Shown here in pieces: positions 49,007 to 57,588 of a stretch of 64,000 nt of DNA; positions within the stretch are counted from its first letter, which is position 1, and each line of letters opens with the position of its first letter. The stretch covers positions 32,001 to 96,000 of the forward strand of contig QMVG01000003.1 in assembly GCA_003660975.1 (NCBI GenBank). Direction: 5' to 3'. The stretch comes from Candidatus Micrarchaeota archaeon. GTDB taxonomy: Archaea > B1Sed10-29 > B47-G15. The notes below the pieces were generated by a model. The model worked only from the letters and a program-made list of their open reading frames with translations. It ran no database searches and was not told the origin of the DNA. The translations under genes and the position numbers were made by a program.

Positions 49007-49393
49007 ATGGCAATGAAGGTTGATAAGTTAACAGAACTTAAGGTTATCTTAAAAAAGAAACAAAAGCCAGAGAAGATACTTAATACCATTTTTTTATTCT
49101 TGGGTTTCAAAAATACAGAAATTAAACTTTATAAATTGCTCTTAAATAAAAAACTCACTATAAATCAAATTAAAAAGCGAATGAATGTAACTGAGAGAAC
49201 AATTAGAGGGCACATAAATTCTCTTTTGGAAAAGCAATTGATAACAAGGAAAGTAGTAACGGAAGGAAAAAGGTTAAAGTATGTTTATTCTTCTGTTCCT
49301 ATTGCGAAAGCGTGGCAAATAATTAAGAAGCAGATTGATAAGACAATGGAAGAAACAAATAGAGTGTTTGAAAAGATGAATTTGTTATCTTAA
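49007..49393 (+). CDS. TrmB-like winged-helix transcription regulator, AT-rich
   Basis: LGFKNTEIKLY, TERTIRGHINSLLEKQLI, YVYS. Confidence 0.8.
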   Translation: MAMKVDKLTELKVILKKKQKPEKILNTIFLFLGFKNTEIKLYKLLLNKKLTINQIKKRMNVTERTIRGHINSLLEKQLITRKVVTEGKRLKYVYSSVPIAKAWQIIKKQIDKTMEETNRVFEKMNLLS

Positions 49394-49551
49394 TTTTTTA
49401 ACATGGTTTTTTGTATTTTGAATAGTTTTGGTGGTCCTTTTTAATTTTCTAGTTTAACCAAAAGTATTTTAAATAAGAAAGCACCTATGAATAATCAACT
49501 GCATAGATATGAAAAAATTATTTCATATTTAATTTATTTGGAGGTGAAAAA

Positions 49552-49689
49552 ATGATTGACACGTCAACATTGGCTTTAACAGACCCCTTAGTAATTGGGA
49601 TTGCTATTGTTGTTATTTTAGCAATAATTGGGGCTATATTGTATTATACAGGGAATTTGAGCAAATTGACAGAAAAATTAGGATTTTAA
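49552..49689 (+). CDS. 45-aa single-TM protein
   Basis: GGAGGTGA RBS; MIDTSTLALTDPLVIGIAIVVILAIIGAILYYTGNLSKLTEKLGF; followed by a T-rich tract. Confidence 0.7.
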   Translation: MIDTSTLALTDPLVIGIAIVVILAIIGAILYYTGNLSKLTEKLGF

Positions 49690-49842
49690 ACAAATCTATT
49701 AAAATTTTATTTTTTCCTTTTTTATATAAGCTTGGAGAGTAGCAGGCAACTGATTACGATTACTTACGAATGCAGAGCAGCTTCCTTGCTTTCAATTGAA
49801 AGATTTATAAGGTTTCAATTGTTATAATAATGTGGTGAGTAT

Positions 49843-50100
49843 ATGCAGGTTCCCTTACCTATTGTGATATCTAAAGAAGGGAAATGGTTTGTAGCATCTT
49901 GCCCTGTTTTAGGTATTGCCACACAAGGCAAAACAGAGCAAGAAGTTAAAGCAATGATGGAAGAGTTAATCAATGACTATTTTAAGGATAAAGATACCCC
50001 GAAACCAAAGATAAGTACTATGATGCAAATTACTATCACAAATATTCTTGTAAATATCCCAAAACGTGTTTTTTATGCCAAAACTACGCGTTCTTCCTAA
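49843..50100 (+). CDS. hicB: HicB-family antitoxin (short form)
   Basis: EGKWFVASCPVLGIATQGKTEQE. Confidence 0.88.
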   Translation: MQVPLPIVISKEGKWFVASCPVLGIATQGKTEQEVKAMMEELINDYFKDKDTPKPKISTMMQITITNILVNIPKRVFYAKTTRSS

Positions 50101-50296
50101 GCGTAAGGTCATTGAAATTCTTAAAAATAATGGATTTAAGAAAGTCAGATCAGGCAAACACATAACATTCAAAAGAAAAGACGAGGGTGGCCATATATTG
50201 ACAACATGGGTACCGCACCATAAAGAGATTACGGTATTCGTTATAGAACATATAATCAAACAGACAAGGAAATCACGAGATGAGTTTGAAATTTAA
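50075..50296 (+). CDS. hicA: HicA-family mRNA interferase toxin
   Basis: MPKL...LKNNGF...SGKH...VPHH...IIKQ; overlaps hicB. Confidence 0.88.
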   Translation: MPKLRVLPKRKVIEILKNNGFKKVRSGKHITFKRKDEGGHILTTWVPHHKEITVFVIEHIIKQTRKSRDEFEI

Positions 50297-50383
50297 TAAT
50301 TTATACACTAAGACTCTCGGTTTATTATTTACTAATGTTTATCACAGCAAATCTTTTTAAGTGTGGATGTATTATTGCAGTGT

Positions 50384-51016
50384 ATGATAGATGTTAACGC
50401 CATCACCTCTGGATTTTCATGGGAAACTGCATATGTAACGCTACGGCCTTTGTTTTTCTTTCTTATGGGCATGGTTTTGTATTCTATTTTTATCTATAAA
50501 ATGTACAGGTTTGTTGCCAGCAGAGACCTTTTTGGTAAGAAGGGCAGATATCAGAGCATAAGAGACAGGATAGACACTGGAAAGGGCAGCATAAAAAGAG
50601 CAGTATTGCGCTTTCTTGAATACATCTTTTTGTTTCCTTTTCTCGTTTTTATCTTCTTTGCGTTCTTTTTTATTATGCTTGTGTTCCTCTCTAAAAACCC
50701 AAATGTTGAAAATCTAATGCTTGTGGCTATGGCCATTGTGGGGGCGGTTAGAATAAGCTCCTACTATTCAGAAGACCTTTCAAGAGATTTAGCTAAGATG
50801 CTCCCTTTTGCCGTTCTTGGTTTGTACATAACAGAGATATACCCGTTCTCATTTTCAAATTCCATAGACGCAGTGCTAATAGCTCTAAATAACACATCAC
50901 TTTGGGTAATGCTTCTATACTATCTTATTTTTATAATACTGCTTGAATTTTCAATGCGTGTGTTGTACCTAATCTACTCAAAGCTTAGCTCTGGCTATGA
51001 AATACCAGAAAGCTGA
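50384..51016 (+). CDS. Multi-pass membrane protein
   Basis: Several TM helices; RISSYYSEDLSRDLAKMLPF. Confidence 0.7.
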   Translation: MIDVNAITSGFSWETAYVTLRPLFFFLMGMVLYSIFIYKMYRFVASRDLFGKKGRYQSIRDRIDTGKGSIKRAVLRFLEYIFLFPFLVFIFFAFFFIMLVFLSKNPNVENLMLVAMAIVGAVRISSYYSEDLSRDLAKMLPFAVLGLYITEIYPFSFSNSIDAVLIALNNTSLWVMLLYYLIFIILLEFSMRVLYLIYSKLSSGYEIPES

Positions 51017-51017
51017 T

Positions 51018-51221
51018 TTACTTTATGTAAGCTGAGTAGAGAGGTTTTACTGCTGCCAATACAGATAACAATAGCCAATACCACTTGTATTCAATTACTA
51101 TGTCAGGTATCAAAGCAGCCACAAAGAAAGCAAATAAGAAAGCAGACAGCTTTACAAAGCTAATGTCAATTGCCTTCAATTTTTTAACTTTTTCATCAAA
51201 GTATTTACACATATGGAACAC
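51018..51221 (-). CDS. Small two-TM protein
   Basis: DISFVKLSA...WYWLLL. Confidence 0.6.
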   Translation of the reverse strand: MFHMCKYFDEKVKKLKAIDISFVKLSAFLFAFFVAALIPDIVIEYKWYWLLLSVLAAVKPLYSAYIK

Positions 51222-51273
51222 CCTTTATCTGCAAGCATTTAGTTTTTAAATACCTATGTCTTATATTAGCTAT

Positions 51274-52629
51274 ATGAGGTTTTACATTGTAGCGTTGCTG
51301 TTATTCTCTTTGATGGGAAGTGCAGCGGCAGATATATGTAGCGGAAATATGAGCATTGCCGCCCTGTACTATGACAGTGGAAGGACATCGCTTGCTGCTT
51401 CGAGCTATCAAAGAGCTGCCATTTGTTTTGAGAAGGATAAAAATTATTACCTGGCCTACGATAACTATGAAAATGCTGCTAATCTTTACTTGTCTCTGGG
51501 AGAATACGATAAGGCAGTGGCCAATTACATAAATGCTTCTTCAAATGCCGAGAGAGTTGGACGGTTGAGAGAGGCAGGAAATTTTTATACACTGGCTGCA
51601 GATACTGAAATGAAAAAAAGGAAAAGTAGCAGTGATTTAATTTTCCAGTTCTACGACGCTGCTATTAAAGATTATCAAGATGCCAATGAGAGGAAGCTTG
51701 CGATAAGTGTTGCAGAGAAAGCTCTTAACTTCTCAATTGAGACGGGCAATGTAAACGCCTCCCTGCATTACTTTGACAAGCTTTCATCTCTTCACGCTCT
51801 TATGAGAGATTATAAAAGTGCTTGCTATTACCTGAAAGAAAAAGCAGTGTATATGGAGAAGGAGAATGAGGGTTATGAAGATACAGCAGATGCTTATTTT
51901 GAAGCAGCAAGGTGCTATTTGGAGGAGTTAGAGAACAGAAGCCTTTGCTCTGAAAATGTGGAAAAAGCCAAAGCTGTCGTTCTCGGAAGGAATGCAGGTC
52001 TTGAAGCCTTTTACGAGGCGGGCATTGCCAACTGTTATAAGGGAAGCAGAGACCAGCTTCATGCTTATGCTTGTTTCAAGCACATGAGAAAATCAGCAGA
52101 GCTATATGAGAAAATGGGGAATTTATCAGCAGCTGCGGACAAGTATAAAGAATCAGCTGAATGTTTTTCACTTGTGAAAGACATCTCGGAGATGGCTAAA
52201 TCTGAAGTAAAGGAAAGTTATCTAAAATGCATATCTCTTTATTCTGCTCTAAGCTACGATGCACAGATTAAAGGAAACAGCAATAAGGCCTCCCAATACG
52301 CTGAATTGATGAAGGCATGTGCCAAAGGCCGTGATGACTGGAAAGCTTTTGAGAGTTTTTTGAATAATTATATATATGCATTGCAAACAGGAGAAAACAT
52401 ATCTGAATATGATATAAAGACACTTATTAGCAACCCTTCCTCCCCCATAGCTGTTAATAAAACAGCAGAGCAGCCAGTTAGCAGCCAGACAGAGAAGGAG
52501 GATTATTCATGGCTTTACGTCTCGCTGATTGTTTTGGTGCTAATAGTGGTCTCAGCGCTCTATTTCCTGCTGGGCAAAAAAGGGAAGAAAGAGGAAATCA
52601 AGAAAAAGAATGAGCTGGATTTCGCATAA
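51274..52629 (+). CDS. Secreted, C-terminally anchored TPR/alpha-SNAP-like repeat protein
   Basis: Signal peptide, repeated A-x2-Y-x2-AA-x-(C/L)-(Y/F) helices, C-terminal TM helix and Lys tail. Confidence 0.75.
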   Translation: MRFYIVALLLFSLMGSAAADICSGNMSIAALYYDSGRTSLAASSYQRAAICFEKDKNYYLAYDNYENAANLYLSLGEYDKAVANYINASSNAERVGRLREAGNFYTLAADTEMKKRKSSSDLIFQFYDAAIKDYQDANERKLAISVAEKALNFSIETGNVNASLHYFDKLSSLHALMRDYKSACYYLKEKAVYMEKENEGYEDTADAYFEAARCYLEELENRSLCSENVEKAKAVVLGRNAGLEAFYEAGIANCYKGSRDQLHAYACFKHMRKSAELYEKMGNLSAAADKYKESAECFSLVKDISEMAKSEVKESYLKCISLYSALSYDAQIKGNSNKASQYAELMKACAKGRDDWKAFESFLNNYIYALQTGENISEYDIKTLISNPSSPIAVNKTAEQPVSSQTEKEDYSWLYVSLIVLVLIVVSALYFLLGKKGKKEEIKKKNELDFA

Positions 52630-52674
52630 TAAACTTTAAAAAGCCCTTATCACTTCTAGTATGGGGGTGTGTCT

Positions 52675-52923
52675 ATGCTTGACGAAAAGAGGATTGCTCT
52701 TGCAGCTGGCGTGAGCTGGGCAGTTTTTATGCTCTTTCTGTGGACCGGTGTTTATTTCTTTAACTACGGCACTGAGCTCATGCTTGTTTTCAGCAGTATA
52801 TACCTGGGCTTTGATGCAAGTATGGCCGGGCTTTTGCTTGGTATGATATGGGGGTTCGTAGACATCTTTATAGGTGCTTACATCTTTGCCTATATCTACA
52901 ACTGGCTCGGCAAGAAAAAGTAA
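52675..52923 (+). CDS. Small membrane protein of the two-TM holin-like family
   Basis: ALAAGVSW...YLG...GMIWGFVD...AYIYN. Confidence 0.6.
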   Translation: MLDEKRIALAAGVSWAVFMLFLWTGVYFFNYGTELMLVFSSIYLGFDASMAGLLLGMIWGFVDIFIGAYIFAYIYNWLGKKK

Positions 52924-52936
52924 AACAAGAGCAGGT

Positions 52937-53055
52937 GCCTAGGCAGCTTACTGTCCTTCCCGCACAGAAGTGCAGTACCAGACAGTACGCAGGAGGGCTT
53001 AACTTCCGGGTTCGGCATGAGTCCGGGTGTTTCCCCTCCGCTATGGCCGCCAGGC
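52937..53055 (-). rRNA. rrf: 5S ribosomal RNA
   Basis: Reverse complement GCCTGGCGGCCATAGCGGAGGGGAAACACCCGGACTCATGCCGAACCCGGAAGTTAAGCC...GCTGCCTAGGC. Confidence 0.95.
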
Positions 53056-53110
53056 GTTATCTTTTTGATTTAAGTATTATATAAACTTATCTATATTCTG
53101 CAAAAGATTA

Positions 53111-53695
53111 TCAAGAAAACCACTGCTTTCTCCTTTTCTTTTCTATTTCAGACAGTTTTATCTTCTCCATTTCTTCCTTTCTGTCTTTTATCCTTTGGAG
53201 GAGAAACAATTTTTTATCCAATTTCTCTGCAACTTCCTTGTTTATTTTCAACAGCTCCTCTCTCTTTTCCTTTCGCAGCTTTTCAATATCCTCAAGGGCC
53301 TTTTTGTCACCAGTCTTTATTTTGCTTTTATAGTCCTCCAAAGCCTCTAAGTAATCAGATAATTCCTTTTCTTTTTCCTCTGCCCATTTAATTGTTTTAT
53401 CTATGTCCTCTATAATCTCCTTGTCTTTTTTTATCCACTCTTCCCTTTGTTTTAGATATCTTATATCATAGAGCAAGTCCTTTAACATATCCAGTTCTTC
53501 CCTTCTCTTTAGGTTCTGCGTACTGTTCAAAAGTGCCCTTGTTTTTTCTATGGCCTCGTCTATTTCATAAAGCTCTGGATCTCCCATTCTCAAGGTATCT
53601 TCAATAATCCTTCTCGCTGCATTTCCCTCTTCAATATTTCTTATAATACGCCTCTTTCTATTCCTGTGCAACCTGTTATGAACGCCTCTTGCCAT
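53111..53695 (-). CDS. Hypothetical coiled-coil protein
   Basis: GGTGGTGA RBS; MARGVHNRLHRNRKRR...; K/E-rich heptads. Confidence 0.65.
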   Translation of the reverse strand: MARGVHNRLHRNRKRRIIRNIEEGNAARRIIEDTLRMGDPELYEIDEAIEKTRALLNSTQNLKRREELDMLKDLLYDIRYLKQREEWIKKDKEIIEDIDKTIKWAEEKEKELSDYLEALEDYKSKIKTGDKKALEDIEKLRKEKREELLKINKEVAEKLDKKLFLLQRIKDRKEEMEKIKLSEIEKKRRKQWFS

Positions 53696-53702
53696 TGCAG
53701 CC

Positions 53703-53975
53703 TCACCACCGCCTTTTAATTTCTGGCACCTTCTCAAGCAAAGGATACAAACGTTTGCCTAGTTCTGCAATTCTTCTCTGTATGTCTTCTATTTCTCTTT
53801 CTATATCCCCTCTTTTCCTCACATCTCTTTCACTGTTATACTTCTGTTTTAGCGCTCTTTCCTTCTCACTCAACTGCTGTGTCCTAAAATTTATGTTGTT
53901 TATTTCATCTATAATCTTTTTATATTCCTCCTTAATGGCCCTCTTTTTAGCCTCCACTCTGCTTTTTCTTCCCAT
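53703..53975 (-). CDS. Hypothetical coiled-coil protein
   Basis: MGRKSRVEAKKR...; ends 7 nt before the next start. Confidence 0.6.
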   Translation of the reverse strand: MGRKSRVEAKKRAIKEEYKKIIDEINNINFRTQQLSEKERALKQKYNSERDVRKRGDIEREIEDIQRRIAELGKRLYPLLEKVPEIKRRW

Positions 53976-54046
53976 ATATCCTACCCACATGATTTTGCTA
54001 TATTAAAGGGTGAAAAGATTAAAAAGCTGTATGGCCTTATCTTCTT

Positions 54047-54598
54047 ATGAAGTTTGTCCTGGATACCTCTGCCTTTACAAGCGTTGGGAAGAGTAAGAAG
54101 GAAACAGACTCCCACATAAAGAATTTTGCTGACTGCATAGCAAAAGATAAGGAGAACGAGTATTATATGCCAAAGACTGTTTGGCAGGAGCTTGAAAAGG
54201 TTCTGATAACAAGAGGCACAGATGAAAGCATTATTGAGCAAATAAGAAAGGCTATAATAATAAGGCAACCTTCAAGAATGGAGCTGCATATCCCGGCACA
54301 GTTTGTCAATGATTTTGTTTCTGAGTTTAGGCAGAGAATCAATAGAGGTTTGAGGGAGGCAGAGAAAGCAGTGCTTGAAAAAAGCAAGAATGTTAATAGA
54401 CCTGATGAAGAGGTTATCCACGATTTGAGAGACAGGTATAGGACAGTGATGAGGCAAGGCCTCATAGATTCAGAGGAAGATTTAGACGTGCTTCTGCTTG
54501 CAAAAGAGATATCAGCCATGATAATTGCTAATGACAAAGGCATAGAAAAATGGGCGGATAAGTGGGGCATCCCATATATGAGCTCTGCTGCGGATTAA
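54047..54598 (+). CDS. HARP protein-only RNase P (PIN domain)
   Basis: FVLDTSAF, RINRGLREAEK, GLIDSEEDLDVLLLA, DKGI. Confidence 0.88.
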   Translation: MKFVLDTSAFTSVGKSKKETDSHIKNFADCIAKDKENEYYMPKTVWQELEKVLITRGTDESIIEQIRKAIIIRQPSRMELHIPAQFVNDFVSEFRQRINRGLREAEKAVLEKSKNVNRPDEEVIHDLRDRYRTVMRQGLIDSEEDLDVLLLAKEISAMIIANDKGIEKWADKWGIPYMSSAAD

Positions 54599-55152
54599 AT
54601 TATCTTGAGCAGGTCTGCTTTTGTAACAATCCCCTTTATTTTGCCTTTATCCATTATCATCACAGCTGGGGCATTTTTGAGCATTGAGGAGATAATATTT
54701 AATGGAGCAGTCTCACTCGTGCTTGGCAGCGGCTCTTCCAATGCTTCTCGCACTTTCATTTTCTTCACTTTATTGGCTCCTTTGTTATTTATCAAATCGC
54801 TTATGCCTGTTTCTGTTATGCTTCCTATAATCCTCCCTTTTTCCTCCACAGGCATTTGAGAAATATTGTATTTTTTCATTTTCTTCGCAACGCTGTCAAG
54901 GCTGTCACCAGGATGTGCTTTTATCACTCTTCTGTTCATTACGTCCCTGGCCAATATGACTCTGCTTGGTTTTCTTTCAAGAGCCCTAAATATCTTAACC
55001 ACATTGGAATAAGAAGGGTCTGTTGTTCCTGTCTCTATCTTGGCTATCAAAGATTGGCTGACTCCCGCCATTTTAGCCAGTTCCATTTGTTTTAGGCCCA
55101 ATGCTATCCTTCTTCTTTTAATCTCAGATAGGTCTGGAAGTTCCATAACCAC
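54595..55152 (-). CDS. Cro/C1 HTH plus CBS-pair transcription regulator
   Basis: QMELAKMAGVSQSLIAKIE, ISQMPV, GIVTKADL. Confidence 0.92.
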   Translation of the reverse strand: MVMELPDLSEIKRRRIALGLKQMELAKMAGVSQSLIAKIETGTTDPSYSNVVKIFRALERKPSRVILARDVMNRRVIKAHPGDSLDSVAKKMKKYNISQMPVEEKGRIIGSITETGISDLINNKGANKVKKMKVREALEEPLPSTSETAPLNIISSMLKNAPAVMIMDKGKIKGIVTKADLLKII

Positions 55153-55238
55153 CCAACCAGCAAAAGCAGATAGATATATCTGCCCCCTTTAATTACTCTC
55201 ATAATATTGAATTAGGTTATTTATATTCTTATCGGAAT

Positions 55239-56783
55239 TTAGGTATAAACTATAAGTCCCTTGTCCTCGTCAAACTCCTCCAACACTATCCTGGTCAGCT
55301 CAATAGGGCTGTTTTTCTTGAGGAATTGCTTTGCTGCTTCAAGCTTTCTCCTGCTTTCTGCATATACTGTGAGTATCTTCTGCCCCCTCTTGATTTTATC
55401 CCCTTTTTCAACATGGAGCATTATGCCTGCTCCCTTATTGTGTGGGGCTCCTGCTAACCTAGCAGCTGTTGACAAAACAGCAGTATTCATATAGTGTATC
55501 CTGCCCTGCCTTCCAGCTTTCAAGACATACCTATAACTTCCCACATTGATGTCATCTGATTTGATATTGGGGTCGCCTCCCTGGGCTTTTATTATCTGCT
55601 TCAGCTTTTTGTATGCCTTTCCAGATTCAAATATACCTCTGGCCATCTCATAGCCCTTTCCCTTTTTGGCTTTTCCAACCATTTCCAGCAGTATGCCTGC
55701 CATAGTAAGCCCCTTTTCCAGAACCTCTGGATTTGCTGGCTTTCCCTCATATAACCTTAAAATCTCTCTTGCTTCAAGAGCTGGCCCCATAGCATCTCCA
55801 ACAGGGTCAAAACCAGGAGTAATTATACAGTGAATCTTTATTCCCAACTGTTTGCCTATTCTTATGAATTTCCTGGCCAAATCCTCTGCTTCCTTTCTCG
55901 TTCTTACCTTCGCACCGTGTCCAACACTTATATCTATAAGGCAATGCGTCGCCCCAACTGCCTTCTTTTTTGCCAATATTGAGGAGATAAGATTTGGCTT
56001 CGAGTCAATTTTTAAAGGGTGTTCTATCCTAATTATTTTGTCATCAGCAGCAGCCAAGCTTACAGCTCCTCCCCAAACAATACATGCATTGCACTTTCTA
56101 ACAGTTTCCAGTATCTGCCTTTTGTTTAATGCAACAGGAGCCAATACCTCCATGGTGTCAGCAGTTCCAGCAGGCGATGTTATTGACCTAGATGACGTTT
56201 TTGCTATTGTTAAACCTGCTGCAGCTATAACAGGGACTATAATGAGAGTGGTTCTGTTGCCAGGCACTCCTCCTATGGAGTGCTTGTCCACTACTATCTT
56301 CTTCTTTAATCTTATGGTGTCGCCACTTTTCACAATCGCTCTTGTTAGGGCTATTATCTCTCTATCGCTCATTCCCCTTATGCTGGTGGCTGTTATAAAA
56401 GCAGCTGTTTCAATGTCTGTGAGGTTGTCTTCCATTATGTCATTTATTATGCTGTGTATTTCTTTTTCTTTCAGTTCGTAGCCATCTATTTTTTTCTTTA
56501 TATACCTAACACTTTCGGGTTTTTCAACAGGCTCTATTTTTACGATGTCTCCATTTTTTACATTCAAGACATCCTTTACCTCTTTAAACAGTCCTATCTG
56601 CCCTTTCTTAACAAATGTGTTGGTTATGTTCGCCGTACAAGTAACCTCTTTTCTTTTGAATTTTACCTTTATTCTGTCATCCCTGCTTACATCCAAATCT
56701 GCTGCGTCATCTTCGTGAAATGCTATTATATATTTTCCTTGGGCAGATATGTCTATGGATTTTACCTTGAAGTCATATCTCAT
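55239..56783 (-). CDS. AMP phosphorylase
   Basis: DKHSIGGVPGN, KTSSRSITSPAGTAD, GPALEARE, AGAP. Confidence 0.92.
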   Translation of the reverse strand: MRYDFKVKSIDISAQGKYIIAFHEDDAADLDVSRDDRIKVKFKRKEVTCTANITNTFVKKGQIGLFKEVKDVLNVKNGDIVKIEPVEKPESVRYIKKKIDGYELKEKEIHSIINDIMEDNLTDIETAAFITATSIRGMSDREIIALTRAIVKSGDTIRLKKKIVVDKHSIGGVPGNRTTLIIVPVIAAAGLTIAKTSSRSITSPAGTADTMEVLAPVALNKRQILETVRKCNACIVWGGAVSLAAADDKIIRIEHPLKIDSKPNLISSILAKKKAVGATHCLIDISVGHGAKVRTRKEAEDLARKFIRIGKQLGIKIHCIITPGFDPVGDAMGPALEAREILRLYEGKPANPEVLEKGLTMAGILLEMVGKAKKGKGYEMARGIFESGKAYKKLKQIIKAQGGDPNIKSDDINVGSYRYVLKAGRQGRIHYMNTAVLSTAARLAGAPHNKGAGIMLHVEKGDKIKRGQKILTVYAESRRKLEAAKQFLKKNSPIELTRIVLEEFDEDKGLIVYT

Positions 56784-56856
56784 GATACTGCTTACTCCTG
56801 TTGCCAATTTAAAGCTTATGGAGAAGATTTATTAAACTGTAATATCTAATTAGCTT

Positions 56857-57291
56857 ATGACAAGAAGGCACAGTAAAGCAGACACTAGAAAAGCAAGAAA
56901 AAGAATCAATGAGTGGGACGTGCCTAAAGACGTAAAGCAAGCTTTGGAAGAATCTCCTAGCATGGTTGGAGCTTTGGCTGTTGAAGGCAAGTACTATATA
57001 AAATTGCCAGGCATGACAAAAAGAGTTAGTGAAGAAGAGTTCAGCCGCTTTGTACGCAGGTTTAGAAAATTTGACACAGAACTTCAAAAAGCATTTCAGA
57101 AAGAACGATCTAAAAATTTAGAGGCGAGGTCGGCACTTAAGGACAAGGAGGAAGGCTCTGTCTTCATAGATGCCAATGGGAAAGCACATGTTAAAGCTTA
57201 CGGAGACATTTTCCCAGAAAACAAAGTCCTCAAATTGAGGAGCAAAGAAATGAGCTTGATTGAGAAGTTCTTTAAGATATTTGAAAGGTGA
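56857..57291 (+). CDS. Hypothetical basic protein
   Basis: MTRRHSKADTRKARKR...; upstream TTTATTAA TATA-like element. Confidence 0.6.
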   Translation: MTRRHSKADTRKARKRINEWDVPKDVKQALEESPSMVGALAVEGKYYIKLPGMTKRVSEEEFSRFVRRFRKFDTELQKAFQKERSKNLEARSALKDKEEGSVFIDANGKAHVKAYGDIFPENKVLKLRSKEMSLIEKFFKIFER

Positions 57292-57588
57292 TTATACCAT
57301 TAAATCAAGAGCTTCATGTCCCCTCATTCTTGACTTTATTCCCAGTTTTCTTGCAGCACTGCTAACCCATGAAACCCTTTTTTCCATCATATCTTTAAAA
57401 TCTCTAGCATTCCTTACTATGCAGGCAGCATCTCCCTCTCTTTCTATTTTTTCTTTGTTAAGGTAATCGCTGGCCAGATAGCCTTTTTCAGCCCTTATTA
57501 TCAAAAGAGGCGTTCTACTGTCTCCTATTGCTATTCTTATGCCAAGCGCAGCTCCGTGTTCGGTTTCTATAATCTCTGTTAATACCAT
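57292..57588 (-). CDS. DUF1805 (YunC-like) protein
   Basis: PLLIIRAEKGYL, AACIV, A-x-KLGI...G-x-EAL. Confidence 0.8.
   Translation of the reverse strand: MVLTEIIETEHGAALGIRIAIGDSRTPLLIIRAEKGYLASDYLNKEKIEREGDAACIVRNARDFKDMMEKRVSWVSSAARKLGIKSRMRGHEALDLMV

Noticed and set aside
52675-52923. Holin-like gene as evidence of a provirus
   Set aside because: No capsid, terminase, integrase or other viral genes are nearby.
52848-53084. 78-aa plus-strand ORF
   Set aside because: It is the antisense of the 5S rRNA gene.
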